NCBI GenBank assembly: GCA_041577295.1
Contig: JBFGJG010000002.1
Location: forward strand, 179,167-243,166
DNA from: Gemmatimonadales bacterium
Lineage (GTDB): Bacteria > Gemmatimonadota > Gemmatimonadetes > Gemmatimonadales > GWC2-71-9
Direction of reading: 5' to 3'
Length of the DNA: 64,000 nucleotides
Of the stretch, positions 9,118 through 17,924 are shown piece after piece (position 1 is the stretch's first letter; every line of letters begins with the position of its first letter). The translations under genes and the position numbers were made by a program. The notes under the pieces were generated by a model. The model worked only from the letters and a program-made list of their open reading frames with translations, was not told where the DNA came from and searched no databases.

Positions 9118-9375
9118 GTGGGACGTCGAGGAATCAAGGAGTATCGCGCGGCCGAAGCCCTTCAACTCATTCTAGCCGACCGAGATCGAGAGGGGCTTAC
9201 CTGCCCATCGTGCGGTCATCGGACCATCGAGCGGTCGCCAAGACGGCGGCTTCCGAAGGCCCGGAGGGACTCACACCGCCGCGTGACGCTCCGATGTACC
9301 AAGTGCGGACGACAGGCCGTCTACGTACCAAGGAACGTAACCCAGCCATCCGACAAGGAACTCCTCACCAGCTGA
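9118..9375 (+). CDS. small zinc-ribbon protein
   Basis: CPSCG...CTKCG motifs; GTG start after GGGAG; start uncertain (track start 9016). Confidence 0.65.
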   Translation: MGRRGIKEYRAAEALQLILADRDREGLTCPSCGHRTIERSPRRRLPKARRDSHRRVTLRCTKCGRQAVYVPRNVTQPSDKELLTS

Positions 9376-9458
9376 GGCGGAGTTTCCCATACGAGCTGGC
9401 GGCTCACTGACCCCGTCTTCGCGGGGTCGGGGTTCCCTAGTACCCAAAAAACTCTCAT

Positions 9459-9896
9459 TCACCCGATGGCAATTGCGGAGCGCTCGAACGGGCTCTCGAG
9501 CACCAGGTCGAGCGAGACCGTACAACCTGCCCGCCGCGCGGCTTCGACGTGCCCAGTAAGCACGCTGATCCCCGGAACCCGTAGCTTGAGCAAGAATCCC
9601 CCGTCACTCAGTTGATGACATTCAAGGACATCGTCAACCGCACCCCACTGTCTGACCAACCGGTTGGGCACCGTGTCCGCCGCCGGGAGAACCCGAAGAA
9701 AAGCCAGTAGGGGCCGCCCCACAGCCTGAGGACTCAGCGAGGCGAAATAGCCTGTGATCACACCTGCAGACTCGAGCTTCTTCACTCGCTGAAACGCTGC
9801 AGGGCCACTTAGTCCAACGGCGTCGCCGAGCTCGTGATATGCAAGACGACCGTCTCGCTGCAGTAGAGCAAGTATTCTTCTGTCTATTTGATCCAT
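9459..9896 (-). CDS. Lrp/AsnC family transcriptional regulator
   Basis: MDQIDRRILALLQRDGRL...VGLS...RVKKLESAGVITGY HTH. Confidence 0.95.
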   Translation of the reverse strand: MDQIDRRILALLQRDGRLAYHELGDAVGLSGPAAFQRVKKLESAGVITGYFASLSPQAVGRPLLAFLRVLPAADTVPNRLVRQWGAVDDVLECHQLSDGGFLLKLRVPGISVLTGHVEAARRAGCTVSLDLVLESPFERSAIAIG

Positions 9897-10021
9897 TGCA
9901 TAATAATATTTTGTAGAGTTTGTAAGTTACTTAATGTTAACTTACAAGGCGATATAGCCACAAGACGTTACGCCTGTCCGTGGCAGCAAGGAAGGGAGAA
10001 ACGGCTGGGGCTCCTGAGTGA

Positions 10022-10798
10022 TCAGTCGGGCGTTGAGAAGATCCGGTTCCAGCGGATGTTGGTCAGAAACGGCAGTGGCAGAATGCCACCCTTGTCGAAG
10101 CTGTAGTAGATCAGCAGAGGTCGCCCCGATATGCGATCTCGGCCTAAAAATCCCCAATAGCGGCTGTCAAAGGAGTTGTCGCGGTTGTCGCCCATGACGA
10201 AGAACGAGTCTGCCGGCACGACGATCGGGCCCCAGTTCTTCAGGGTGGGTCGATACGACCGGCTATCGCGGCCGCCGAGATACTTCACCTGCCAGTGGCG
10301 CATTCGGGGGTCCTCGGGGTCCGCCCCAGGGTCGGTGCGGATCACGTACGGCTCGGCCAAGGTGTCGCCGTTCACGAACAGCACATTGTTCTCCATCGAG
10401 AGGGTGTCCCCCGGCATTCCCACCAAACGCTTCACCACGTTCACACCCGCCTCGACGGGCGACTCGAAGATCACGATATCAGACCGATTCGGCTCTCGGA
10501 TAGCCGGGAGGCGTTTGTTGACTATCGGGACCTCTGCACCATAGAGCGCCTTGTTCACGAACAAAAAGTCCCCAATGAGCAGGGTGTTTTCCATGCTGCC
10601 GGAGGGGATCCGGAACGCCTCGACGAGCAGCGCACGGAGGAAGAACCATATGACGAGGGCGATCGCGATTGACTTGATCCACTCGCGCACGGGATGGGAG
10701 GCGGACCGTCCACGCTTGCGCTCCCCGGCTTCGCGCCCGCCATTCTCCGGAGGTGTTTCTGGCTTCTGCGGCTCGGCCGCTTGCTTCTTACTGTTCAC
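10022..10798 (-). CDS. lepB: signal peptidase I
   Basis: AFRIPSGSMENTLLIGD, VKRLVGMPGD, MGDNRDNSFDSRYWG; GTG start overlaps upstream stop. Confidence 0.97.
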   Translation of the reverse strand: MNSKKQAAEPQKPETPPENGGREAGERKRGRSASHPVREWIKSIAIALVIWFFLRALLVEAFRIPSGSMENTLLIGDFLFVNKALYGAEVPIVNKRLPAIREPNRSDIVIFESPVEAGVNVVKRLVGMPGDTLSMENNVLFVNGDTLAEPYVIRTDPGADPEDPRMRHWQVKYLGGRDSRSYRPTLKNWGPIVVPADSFFVMGDNRDNSFDSRYWGFLGRDRISGRPLLIYYSFDKGGILPLPFLTNIRWNRIFSTPD

Positions 10799-11874
10799 CG
10801 TCGTTCGTCCTCCGATTCTCGAGCGGGTTCTACCCAATCGGCTAGAAATATGTTCGTTTCACCCGCGACCGAGCCGAATCGATTCGACGCGAACACCAGG
10901 CGGGTACCATCGGGCGAAAACATCGGAAACCCGTCGAATTCCTCGTGCGTGGTCACCTGCGTGAGACCGCTACCATCGTCGTTGATCAAGAAGAGATCGA
11001 AGTTCCGGCCCCGAGGATTCTGATGATTGGAGGCGAAGATGATGCGCTCTCCATCCGGATGAAAAAACGGAGCGAAGTTCGCACCGCCGAGCTCTGTCAC
11101 CTGCCGCTGGTCTGAGCCGTCCGCGTTCATGACCCAAACCTCCATCCGACTTGGCCGGACCAGATCCTGAGATAACAACCGCTGATAATCGGCTATCTCC
11201 TCAGGTGTCCTCGGATGAAACGCGCGATAGACGATCTTGCTGCCATCCGGAGAAAAGAACGGTCCTCCGTCGTAGCCCAACGCCGTGGTGAGACGCTGCA
11301 CGTTAGTGCCATCGGCGTTCATCGTATAGATGTCGAGATCCCCATCCTTGAGTGACGTGAAAACCACACGGTTGCCGTCCGGTGAAAGTGTCGCTTCGGC
11401 GTCGTATCTCGGGGACCGCAGGAGGACCGCGACGTCACTCCCGTCGGCCCGGGCATGGTAGATGTCATAGTCAAAGAGCGGCCACACATACCCCTGGGAA
11501 AAGTCTGGGGTCGGCGGGCAGCGGTCGTCTGTGTGAAACGTGCTCGAGTAGATCACCCGTTCACCGCCCGCAACAAAATAGCCGCAGGTGGTCCGTCCCA
11601 GTCCGTTCGACACTCGGCGGAGATCGCTACCGTCAACACGCATGACGTACTGCTGATCGCACGTGGAATCGCTCACCTGGCGCTGGAAGATGAGGTACCT
11701 GCCGTCGGGCGAGAAGTACGCTTCCGCGTTCTGCCCGCCGAAGGTCAACTGCGTGATGCGCCCAAAGAAACGCTCGCCCGCTTCGGGTGGCCGGCTTTCG
11801 GCGGGCGCGGGCTCCCCGCAACCGGGGAACATCAGCGACCCAAGCACGGCCGCTAGGATGGTCACTCGATGCAT
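10795..11874 (-). CDS. TolB-like PD40 beta-propeller lipoprotein
   Basis: Repeated FSPDG motifs; lipoprotein-like signal ending FPGC. Confidence 0.9.
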   Translation of the reverse strand: MHRVTILAAVLGSLMFPGCGEPAPAESRPPEAGERFFGRITQLTFGGQNAEAYFSPDGRYLIFQRQVSDSTCDQQYVMRVDGSDLRRVSNGLGRTTCGYFVAGGERVIYSSTFHTDDRCPPTPDFSQGYVWPLFDYDIYHARADGSDVAVLLRSPRYDAEATLSPDGNRVVFTSLKDGDLDIYTMNADGTNVQRLTTALGYDGGPFFSPDGSKIVYRAFHPRTPEEIADYQRLLSQDLVRPSRMEVWVMNADGSDQRQVTELGGANFAPFFHPDGERIIFASNHQNPRGRNFDLFLINDDGSGLTQVTTHEEFDGFPMFSPDGTRLVFASNRFGSVAGETNIFLADWVEPARESEDERR

Positions 11875-12038
11875 CCGTCAAGTATAACTGCGCACAGCTT
11901 GACATACGAACACATCACACACGACCGCGGCCGGCCGCCCGGAATGTGCAAGAACCCTCGCGGAGCCGCGCGATGGGATGCGGTCTCGTCGCCCCTGCGG
12001 TTCATTGAAGTGCTTACAACCAATACGCTTACCCAACG

Positions 12039-12053
12039 TGGCACCCGCCTTGC
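12039..12053 (+). promoter_or_regulatory. sigma54 -24/-12 promoter
   Basis: TGGCAC-CCGCC-TTGC, exact consensus, intergenic. Confidence 0.75.
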
Positions 12054-12068
12054 GACTCGTCGATTCAA

Positions 12069-12422
12069 ATGGTTCAGGACAGGGCAGTCATGGAGAACAA
12101 AAAAGAACCACGTAAGGCGGGCGCGTTCCTGGTCCAGGGGCTCGGCAAGCTGTGTCTGGAAGGGCGGGACGTGGCTTCCTACCTCTTTCAGGTGCCCACC
12201 GACCAAAAGCAGTGGGCCCGGTTGCAACAAATCGTCGACCGCATAATCGAAGCGGCGTCGAAGCTCGGAATGCGCGAGCTTCCAGCCATTGGAAAGGAAA
12301 TGCAGCAGGTGCTCACGGGGCCACCATCCATCATGGCAGCCGATCAGTTGACCGCGGGGTTCGATCGGATCATCAAGCTATTGGGGTCCGCGCAGAGCGG
12401 GCTTTTCATCGCCATCCCTTGA
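12069..12422 (+). CDS. helical hypothetical protein, HPt-like pattern without His
   Basis: VDRIIEAASKLGMRELPAIGKEMQ resembles the HPt hairpin; alternative start 12090. Confidence 0.75.
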   Translation: MVQDRAVMENKKEPRKAGAFLVQGLGKLCLEGRDVASYLFQVPTDQKQWARLQQIVDRIIEAASKLGMRELPAIGKEMQQVLTGPPSIMAADQLTAGFDRIIKLLGSAQSGLFIAIP

Positions 12423-12486
12423 ACGCGAAGATTCGCTGCATTGTGATCGCGTCGTAGACACGACCGACCATCAAGGGGTTCGTGCT

Positions 12487-13752
12487 CTAGAAGAAGAGCC
12501 CCAAATCGAAGCGACCGGCAAAGCCGGTGGCGCCTGAGAACAACCCACCAAGCGATCCCCCGCTGACCTCGAACAGAAAATGCCGGCTCTCGACACCCAT
12601 ACCCGCGGTGTAGCCGATTCCCTGATGACCACCGAGCACGAGTCCGAGCCGTAGTGGCACCGTTGGATCGAATCGCCACGTCGAGCCGAGATCGACCAGA
12701 AATGGCGTTCCGAACTCACCGCCGGAGCCGAGGGTGGCAGCGCCATCGAGTTGCAGGAATCGGGTGGCCCATGCGCTGGCCGCGAACCGCACGATCCGCG
12801 GAAGGGTCACGTTCCAGGCAACCGTGTCCTGTACTTGAAACAGCGCGGTCTCGAGTGAGTCGTTGACCTCTGACAGATTGGTGGTGCTCACGACGAACGA
12901 CAGGTTACGGCGTTCGACGCTGCCCAAGCTCACCGACCCGAGGTTGGCGACCATCGCCTCGAGCGCGAACCCGGACGACGGCCAATCCGCACGAACCACG
13001 AAGTCACCGACAAATCCGGACCCGGATTGCGAGAAGCCGGCCCCCGGAGTGATGGCCTGTTCCAGCTCGATTCGCGCGGCGATGCTATCGCCGACGACTT
13101 CGAGGCGACTATCGATGAGCGATTGCCCGCGGCCGTACCCGAGCGGTCGGATGTAGCGACCACCCACCCCGAGGCTGAGCTGCATCCTCCCCGAGTCTCC
13201 GAGCGGTCTCAGACGGAATATGCCATGGATCCCGTACTCGACCGTCGCAAGGACGCTGCCACCGGTATTACCGAGCGTGAAATCTCGTTGCCCCCCGACT
13301 CCGTCACGCACGAGCACGACCGCGTCCTCATCCGCGCGAAACGCGCCGTAGCCACGCGCTTGTGCAGACACACCGATGTTCAGGCTTCTGTGAAGTGGTC
13401 CACCGAAATAGATCCCACCTTCGCCCTGCCCCACGCCCTGCAGCGATCCACCCGCGGGAACCGCATCCAAAGCGCTTACCACGTCATCGAGCAGCTCGGT
13501 ATCCCGTTCGTTGACGATAAGCGCGCTGAGATCGGTAAGTAGTAGCGTGTTGTTCTCCGCGGAGGCGCCGAAAGAAAACACGACGCCCCAGTGAGGGAAC
13601 AGGGTGTGGCGAAACGGGTCATTTCGCAGCAGCGGCGTTCGGCGATGTGCGCTCGACACCCGTTCCTCTTCATCCTGTATCCCTTCCGTTTGAGCGGCCA
13701 GCGGACCCACTGCCAGAGTTGCAAACATCAACGAAAGCACGGCGCGTTTCAT
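12487..13752 (-). CDS. outer-membrane beta-barrel protein
   Basis: Signal peptide, alternating beta strands, C-terminal GRFDLGLFF beta-signal. Confidence 0.8.
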   Translation of the reverse strand: MKRAVLSLMFATLAVGPLAAQTEGIQDEEERVSSAHRRTPLLRNDPFRHTLFPHWGVVFSFGASAENNTLLLTDLSALIVNERDTELLDDVVSALDAVPAGGSLQGVGQGEGGIYFGGPLHRSLNIGVSAQARGYGAFRADEDAVVLVRDGVGGQRDFTLGNTGGSVLATVEYGIHGIFRLRPLGDSGRMQLSLGVGGRYIRPLGYGRGQSLIDSRLEVVGDSIAARIELEQAITPGAGFSQSGSGFVGDFVVRADWPSSGFALEAMVANLGSVSLGSVERRNLSFVVSTTNLSEVNDSLETALFQVQDTVAWNVTLPRIVRFAASAWATRFLQLDGAATLGSGGEFGTPFLVDLGSTWRFDPTVPLRLGLVLGGHQGIGYTAGMGVESRHFLFEVSGGSLGGLFSGATGFAGRFDLGLFF

Positions 13753-14028
13753 CGCATTTCCTCATCAGTGCGTAAGGGTGGGGGCGTTAGATGGATCAAT
13801 CTCTGTGCCATCTCGCCCGGGATGGGGCGAGCTCGCCGCAAATTGGGGCATTCGTCACAAACGCGAAGGGGCGCGTGGTGTGCGACGAGGGACGAAGCGG
13901 GAATTACGCGTCTATACGGCTGCCAGCACTACAAGACCGAGAGCCGGGATCGGTGCCACCCTGCTGGCGCCTTCCCCGGCCCTCTTGCCGTTTGCACGGC
14001 GTCTTGCGGTTTCACGCCCCGTGCGCGG

Positions 14029-15657
14029 CTACTCTCGGCTCATGAACGGATAGCGATAATCGACCTCAGGAACGAACGTTTCCTTGATGGTCCTCGCCGA
14101 GACCCACCGCAGCAGGTTCATCATGGAGCCGGCTTTGTCGTTGGTCCCACTCGCTCGTGAACCACCAAACGGTTGCTGGCCAACGACCGCGCCCGTCGGC
14201 TTGTCGTTGATGTAGAAGTTGCCCGCGGCGTAACGTAACGCTTGCTCTGCGTGTCGGATCACGCTCCGCTCGCTAGCGAAGACCGCACCCGTGAGCGCAT
14301 AGGGTGACGTTTCATCGACATACCGCAAGGCTGTCTCCCACTCCCGTTCGCGGTACACGTATAACGTGACCACGGGTCCGAAGATTTCTTCGCACATGGT
14401 GCGGTAGTCCGGCTTGAGCGCCTGAATGACCGTGGGACGGATGAAGTACCCCTCCGAGCCATCGCACTTGCCACCCGCGATCACGTTTGCATCGCGGGAC
14501 CCCTCTGCCTCCGTGATGTAGCCCGCGATCTTGTCGAATGCCTCCTCGTCGATCACGGCGCCCATGAAGTTTCGGAAGTCGGTAACGTCGCCCATCGCGA
14601 TCGCATCGATTTCGGCCAAGAGATCATCCTTGAGCGTCTTCCACAGCGTGTCGGGAAGGTACACGCGTGACGCAGCGCTGCATTTCTGCCCCTGGTATTC
14701 GAAGGCGCCACGAATGATGGCTGTCTTCACCGCGCTCGGGTCAGCGCTTTCATGCGCGAGGATGAAGTCCTTCCCGCCCGTCTCGCCGACGATACGCGGA
14801 TAGGTATCATACGAGTCGATCTTTTGCCCGATCGTCCGCCAGAGGCGTTGGAAGACGTCTGTCGAGCCGGTGAAGTGGACACCAGCGAATCCCGGATGGC
14901 CAAGCGCCGCGTCGGTAATCTCCGAAGCACTCCCGGGAATGAAGTTCACCACCCCAGGGGGGAGTCCCGCCGCTTCCAACAGCTTCATGATGAAATACGC
15001 GCTGTAGGTCGCACTACTAGCAGGTTTCCAGATAACGGTATTCCCCATGATCGCCGGCGCAGTTGGGAGGTTGCCAGCAATCGAGGTGAAGTTGAAAGGC
15101 GTGATCGCGTAAATGAACCCTTCCAGAGGACGATACTCGACTCGGTTCCAAACCCCTGCTGTCGATAGGGGCTGATCACGGTACAACAGATCGGCGAAAT
15201 ACAAGTTGAATCGGTAGAAATCGACTAACTCGCATGCGCTATCGATCTCCGCCTGATGCACGGTCTTACTCTGACAGAGCATCGTGGATGCGTTGAGCGT
15301 ATCGCGCCACGAGGTGGCCAGAAGATCAGCGGCCTTGAGAAAGACGGCCGCCCGGTCTTGCCACGGCCACCGCGACCACTCTTCATGCGCACGCCCCGCT
15401 GCTTCGATCGCCTGCTGTGCCTCCGCCTTTCCAGCGACATGCCAGTTAGCGAGCACATGCTCGTGTCGATGCGGCATGACCGCACGTCGGCAGCGGCTGG
15501 TGCGAACCTCCTGGCCACCTATGATCAAAGGGATGTCGATTTCCTGGCTGGCCATCGAGGAAAGGCGGGTCTTGATGGCATCGCGCTCGGCCGTGCCGGG
15601 CACGTATTCACGAATTGGCTCGTTGACCGGTTCCGGTACCTGAAAGTCTCCGCTCAT
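14029..15657 (-). CDS. pruA: 1-pyrroline-5-carboxylate (glutamate-gamma-semialdehyde) dehydrogenase
   Basis: PFNFTSIAGNL, FTGST, GETGGKDF, FEYQGQKCSAASR, GNFYINDKPTGAVVGQQPFGGSRASGTNDKAG. Confidence 0.97.
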   Translation of the reverse strand: MSGDFQVPEPVNEPIREYVPGTAERDAIKTRLSSMASQEIDIPLIIGGQEVRTSRCRRAVMPHRHEHVLANWHVAGKAEAQQAIEAAGRAHEEWSRWPWQDRAAVFLKAADLLATSWRDTLNASTMLCQSKTVHQAEIDSACELVDFYRFNLYFADLLYRDQPLSTAGVWNRVEYRPLEGFIYAITPFNFTSIAGNLPTAPAIMGNTVIWKPASSATYSAYFIMKLLEAAGLPPGVVNFIPGSASEITDAALGHPGFAGVHFTGSTDVFQRLWRTIGQKIDSYDTYPRIVGETGGKDFILAHESADPSAVKTAIIRGAFEYQGQKCSAASRVYLPDTLWKTLKDDLLAEIDAIAMGDVTDFRNFMGAVIDEEAFDKIAGYITEAEGSRDANVIAGGKCDGSEGYFIRPTVIQALKPDYRTMCEEIFGPVVTLYVYREREWETALRYVDETSPYALTGAVFASERSVIRHAEQALRYAAGNFYINDKPTGAVVGQQPFGGSRASGTNDKAGSMMNLLRWVSARTIKETFVPEVDYRYPFMSRE

Positions 15658-15748
15658 CTAATCTCCTCTACACCCAGGTTCAGCGACCTTGCCGGCACCA
15701 CAAATGGTCCCTCGAACGTGGGGATGTACTGTGCGCGGGGAGCGGAGC

Positions 15749-16165
15749 TCAAAAGCCCCAGATCCCACGTGTTACGAGCTCGATACTGTGTCCATCGGGA
15801 TCACGAATGTATAGCGAGCGCCCGCCCCGCGGCCACTCCACTTCCGCCTCGATTTCGACCTCGAGCGCGCTGAGCCGGGCTCGCCACGCTTCGAGTCCCT
15901 CGGCCGTTGTCTCGAAGGCGAGATGAATCTCACCTGTCGCTCCGTGGGGTGGTACAGAGCCAGTGGGATTCGTCGTGGTGTCGGCATTGAACAAGAGTAA
16001 GACATCACGACCCGCGCGGAGAAACACGTGCCGGGTCGCGTCACGGGCTATCTCGTCGAACCCAAACACCCGCCGGTAGAACGCCGCGGCCTTTGCAAGA
16101 TCGCGCACGTAGAGACTGGATTCGTGGATCCCCCCAATCGGGGGAACGGGTCTGGAATCGCTCAT
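15749..16165 (-). CDS. VOC/glyoxalase family protein
   Basis: ESSLYVRDLAKAAAFYRRVFG, HLAF, RSLYIRDPDGHSIEL. Confidence 0.92.
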   Translation of the reverse strand: MSDSRPVPPIGGIHESSLYVRDLAKAAAFYRRVFGFDEIARDATRHVFLRAGRDVLLLFNADTTTNPTGSVPPHGATGEIHLAFETTAEGLEAWRARLSALEVEIEAEVEWPRGGRSLYIRDPDGHSIELVTRGIWGF

Positions 16166-16196
16166 CCCTTCTATCCCCTCGATCCCGCTATCCCGC

Positions 16197-17297
16197 CTAA
16201 AAATGCAAATGCACCTCGAGGCTGATCCGATCTCTGTCTGTCGTGACCTGCGGAATGTCGTCGAGGAGGGTGTAAAACGCCCCAATTTGCACGAACGACA
16301 CGGGGAACGTCTCGAACCCGAAACGCATGCGAATGCGCTGATCCTCCTCGACCTCGACTGATTCATCGCGGAGGCTCAGTGTTGGATCGTGGTAACCGTA
16401 GGTGACCTTTAGAAACACCCCGCGGTACAGCATGAGGTCACCTTCGACGTAGCCGACGACCTGATCGACGTCTTGCTGGCCGTCGAAGGAATCGAAGATC
16501 GCGTCGGTTTCCCCCAACAAGGTGAGTGGGCCCAGCTGGACACCGGCGAATCCACCAACGATGGACCTGGTGGCACCCGGCGCACTATTACGCGTGGCCG
16601 AGGCGCCGAATCGCAACTTTGGGAACACGAAGGCGGCGCTACCCGTGACCTGTTTGTCGCTGTTCTGGTCGACGCCCGTCGTCGTGCCATTGGACAGAGC
16701 GAGTGCGAAGCTCAGCGGGCCGGGCTCGAAGCCGATTTCAAAGCCCACGTCGGGTGTTCTGTAGGTGAACCCCGTGACCGATCGGATGAACGCTTCGTCG
16801 TCCCACAGACGGAGACCGAACGGCAGCATGAACTTGCCGGCTTTGGCGTAACCGTTGCCTGGTAACCCTTCAACGAGCGCAAACCCCTCACGAATCAGTG
16901 CGCGATCCGGCCCAAGCGTCTGATCGAGGTAGAACGCCAACACGTTCTGGATGAGCCGAGCCTCCACCTGCACCTGTGCCTCGCTGATCTCGAACGTCGT
17001 TCGTGGGGTAGCATCGCTCACCAACCCGGAGGCCTTTGCACGCAGATCCACCCCAATCGCGATCCAGTCGTTGATGGCGCGGTTGCGGTAGGGGAGGCTC
17101 TTCGCCGGAAGCTGCGTCTGCGCCCATGCGCTGCCAAAGTCATTACGCCCACCGCCGCCCGTGCGGTTCACGTGACACTGTGAGCACTTCATTCCGGTCC
17201 GCAGCGCAAGATACGGCTCGTCCGCTTTGAGTGAGGGCGCCGTTGCAAGCGTAGCGGCCACCAGCGACATGAAGAGGTGATAACGAGAAGAGAGCAT
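16197..17297 (-). CDS. monoheme cytochrome c-porin fusion (Cyc2-like architecture)
   Basis: Signal peptide, PYLALRTGMKCSQCH at the mature N-terminus, beta-strand body, C-terminal ISLEVHLHF. Confidence 0.75.
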   Translation of the reverse strand: MLSSRYHLFMSLVAATLATAPSLKADEPYLALRTGMKCSQCHVNRTGGGGRNDFGSAWAQTQLPAKSLPYRNRAINDWIAIGVDLRAKASGLVSDATPRTTFEISEAQVQVEARLIQNVLAFYLDQTLGPDRALIREGFALVEGLPGNGYAKAGKFMLPFGLRLWDDEAFIRSVTGFTYRTPDVGFEIGFEPGPLSFALALSNGTTTGVDQNSDKQVTGSAAFVFPKLRFGASATRNSAPGATRSIVGGFAGVQLGPLTLLGETDAIFDSFDGQQDVDQVVGYVEGDLMLYRGVFLKVTYGYHDPTLSLRDESVEVEEDQRIRMRFGFETFPVSFVQIGAFYTLLDDIPQVTTDRDRISLEVHLHF

Positions 17298-17344
17298 GTT
17301 TGCCGTCCCCGGTTGGAGGATGACTACCGGCCAACGAACGCGTG

Positions 17345-17803
17345 TCAGTTCGGTGGAGGTGCGCCGGCTGCAACCCATGCACGAATCGCGTCGACGTCGG
17401 CCTGCGACAGTGGAGGGCCACCTCCCAAGGGCATGCGGCTGGCATTTCCTCCTACCGCACCAGAGTTGCCTTCGACTTTGAGGACGAGATAGCTCGAGTC
17501 GGGGTTGCCGGCCTGGATTCTGAACAGCCGAGAGACCTGATTCGATGGCACACACACGATGTTAGCGTAGGCAGCACCGTCGCTGAGGTTCTGGCCCTCG
17601 GCGGGGTTCACGCCTGCATGGCAGCCAGAGAATGCACACCCCCCCGTGAAGATCTGCTGCACCGGTGCAAAAAGCGCGGCGTTGGGAACGGGATTGGGAT
17701 CGCACACCCCCGGCGGCGGGACGACCCCCGTGCCATCTCCGGCCAAGCAGCCCACGCCAAACATCATCCCGAGGAGCAAACCGGGCATCCCTTTCATTGC
17801 CAT
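17345..17803 (-). CDS. lipoprotein c-type cytochrome (CX4CH)
   Basis: Lipobox-like GVGC; QQIFTGGCAFSGCH; RMP distal Met; IRAWVAAGA terminal helix. Confidence 0.8.
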   Translation of the reverse strand: MAMKGMPGLLLGMMFGVGCLAGDGTGVVPPPGVCDPNPVPNAALFAPVQQIFTGGCAFSGCHAGVNPAEGQNLSDGAAYANIVCVPSNQVSRLFRIQAGNPDSSYLVLKVEGNSGAVGGNASRMPLGGGPPLSQADVDAIRAWVAAGAPPPN

Positions 17804-17924
17804 ACCCTGTGTTCAGAGGACTCGAAGAGGCTCATAACCTACCCGACCACTGAACTCGAGAAAAGGTTCCCGAACAATCTCACCGCGGTGGTCGAGCTTC
17901 GATTATCGCCGTAGACTACCAGTT

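Noticed and set aside
13753..13772. Hammerhead-like CUGAUGA-G-GAAA on minus strand
   Set aside because: No stem II or cleavage-site helix; it is the RBS region of the outer-membrane protein gene.
13931..14007. c-di-GMP-I riboswitch identity for the three-way junction
   Set aside because: Lacks the GGCAAAC/GGACGCAAAGC junction signature.
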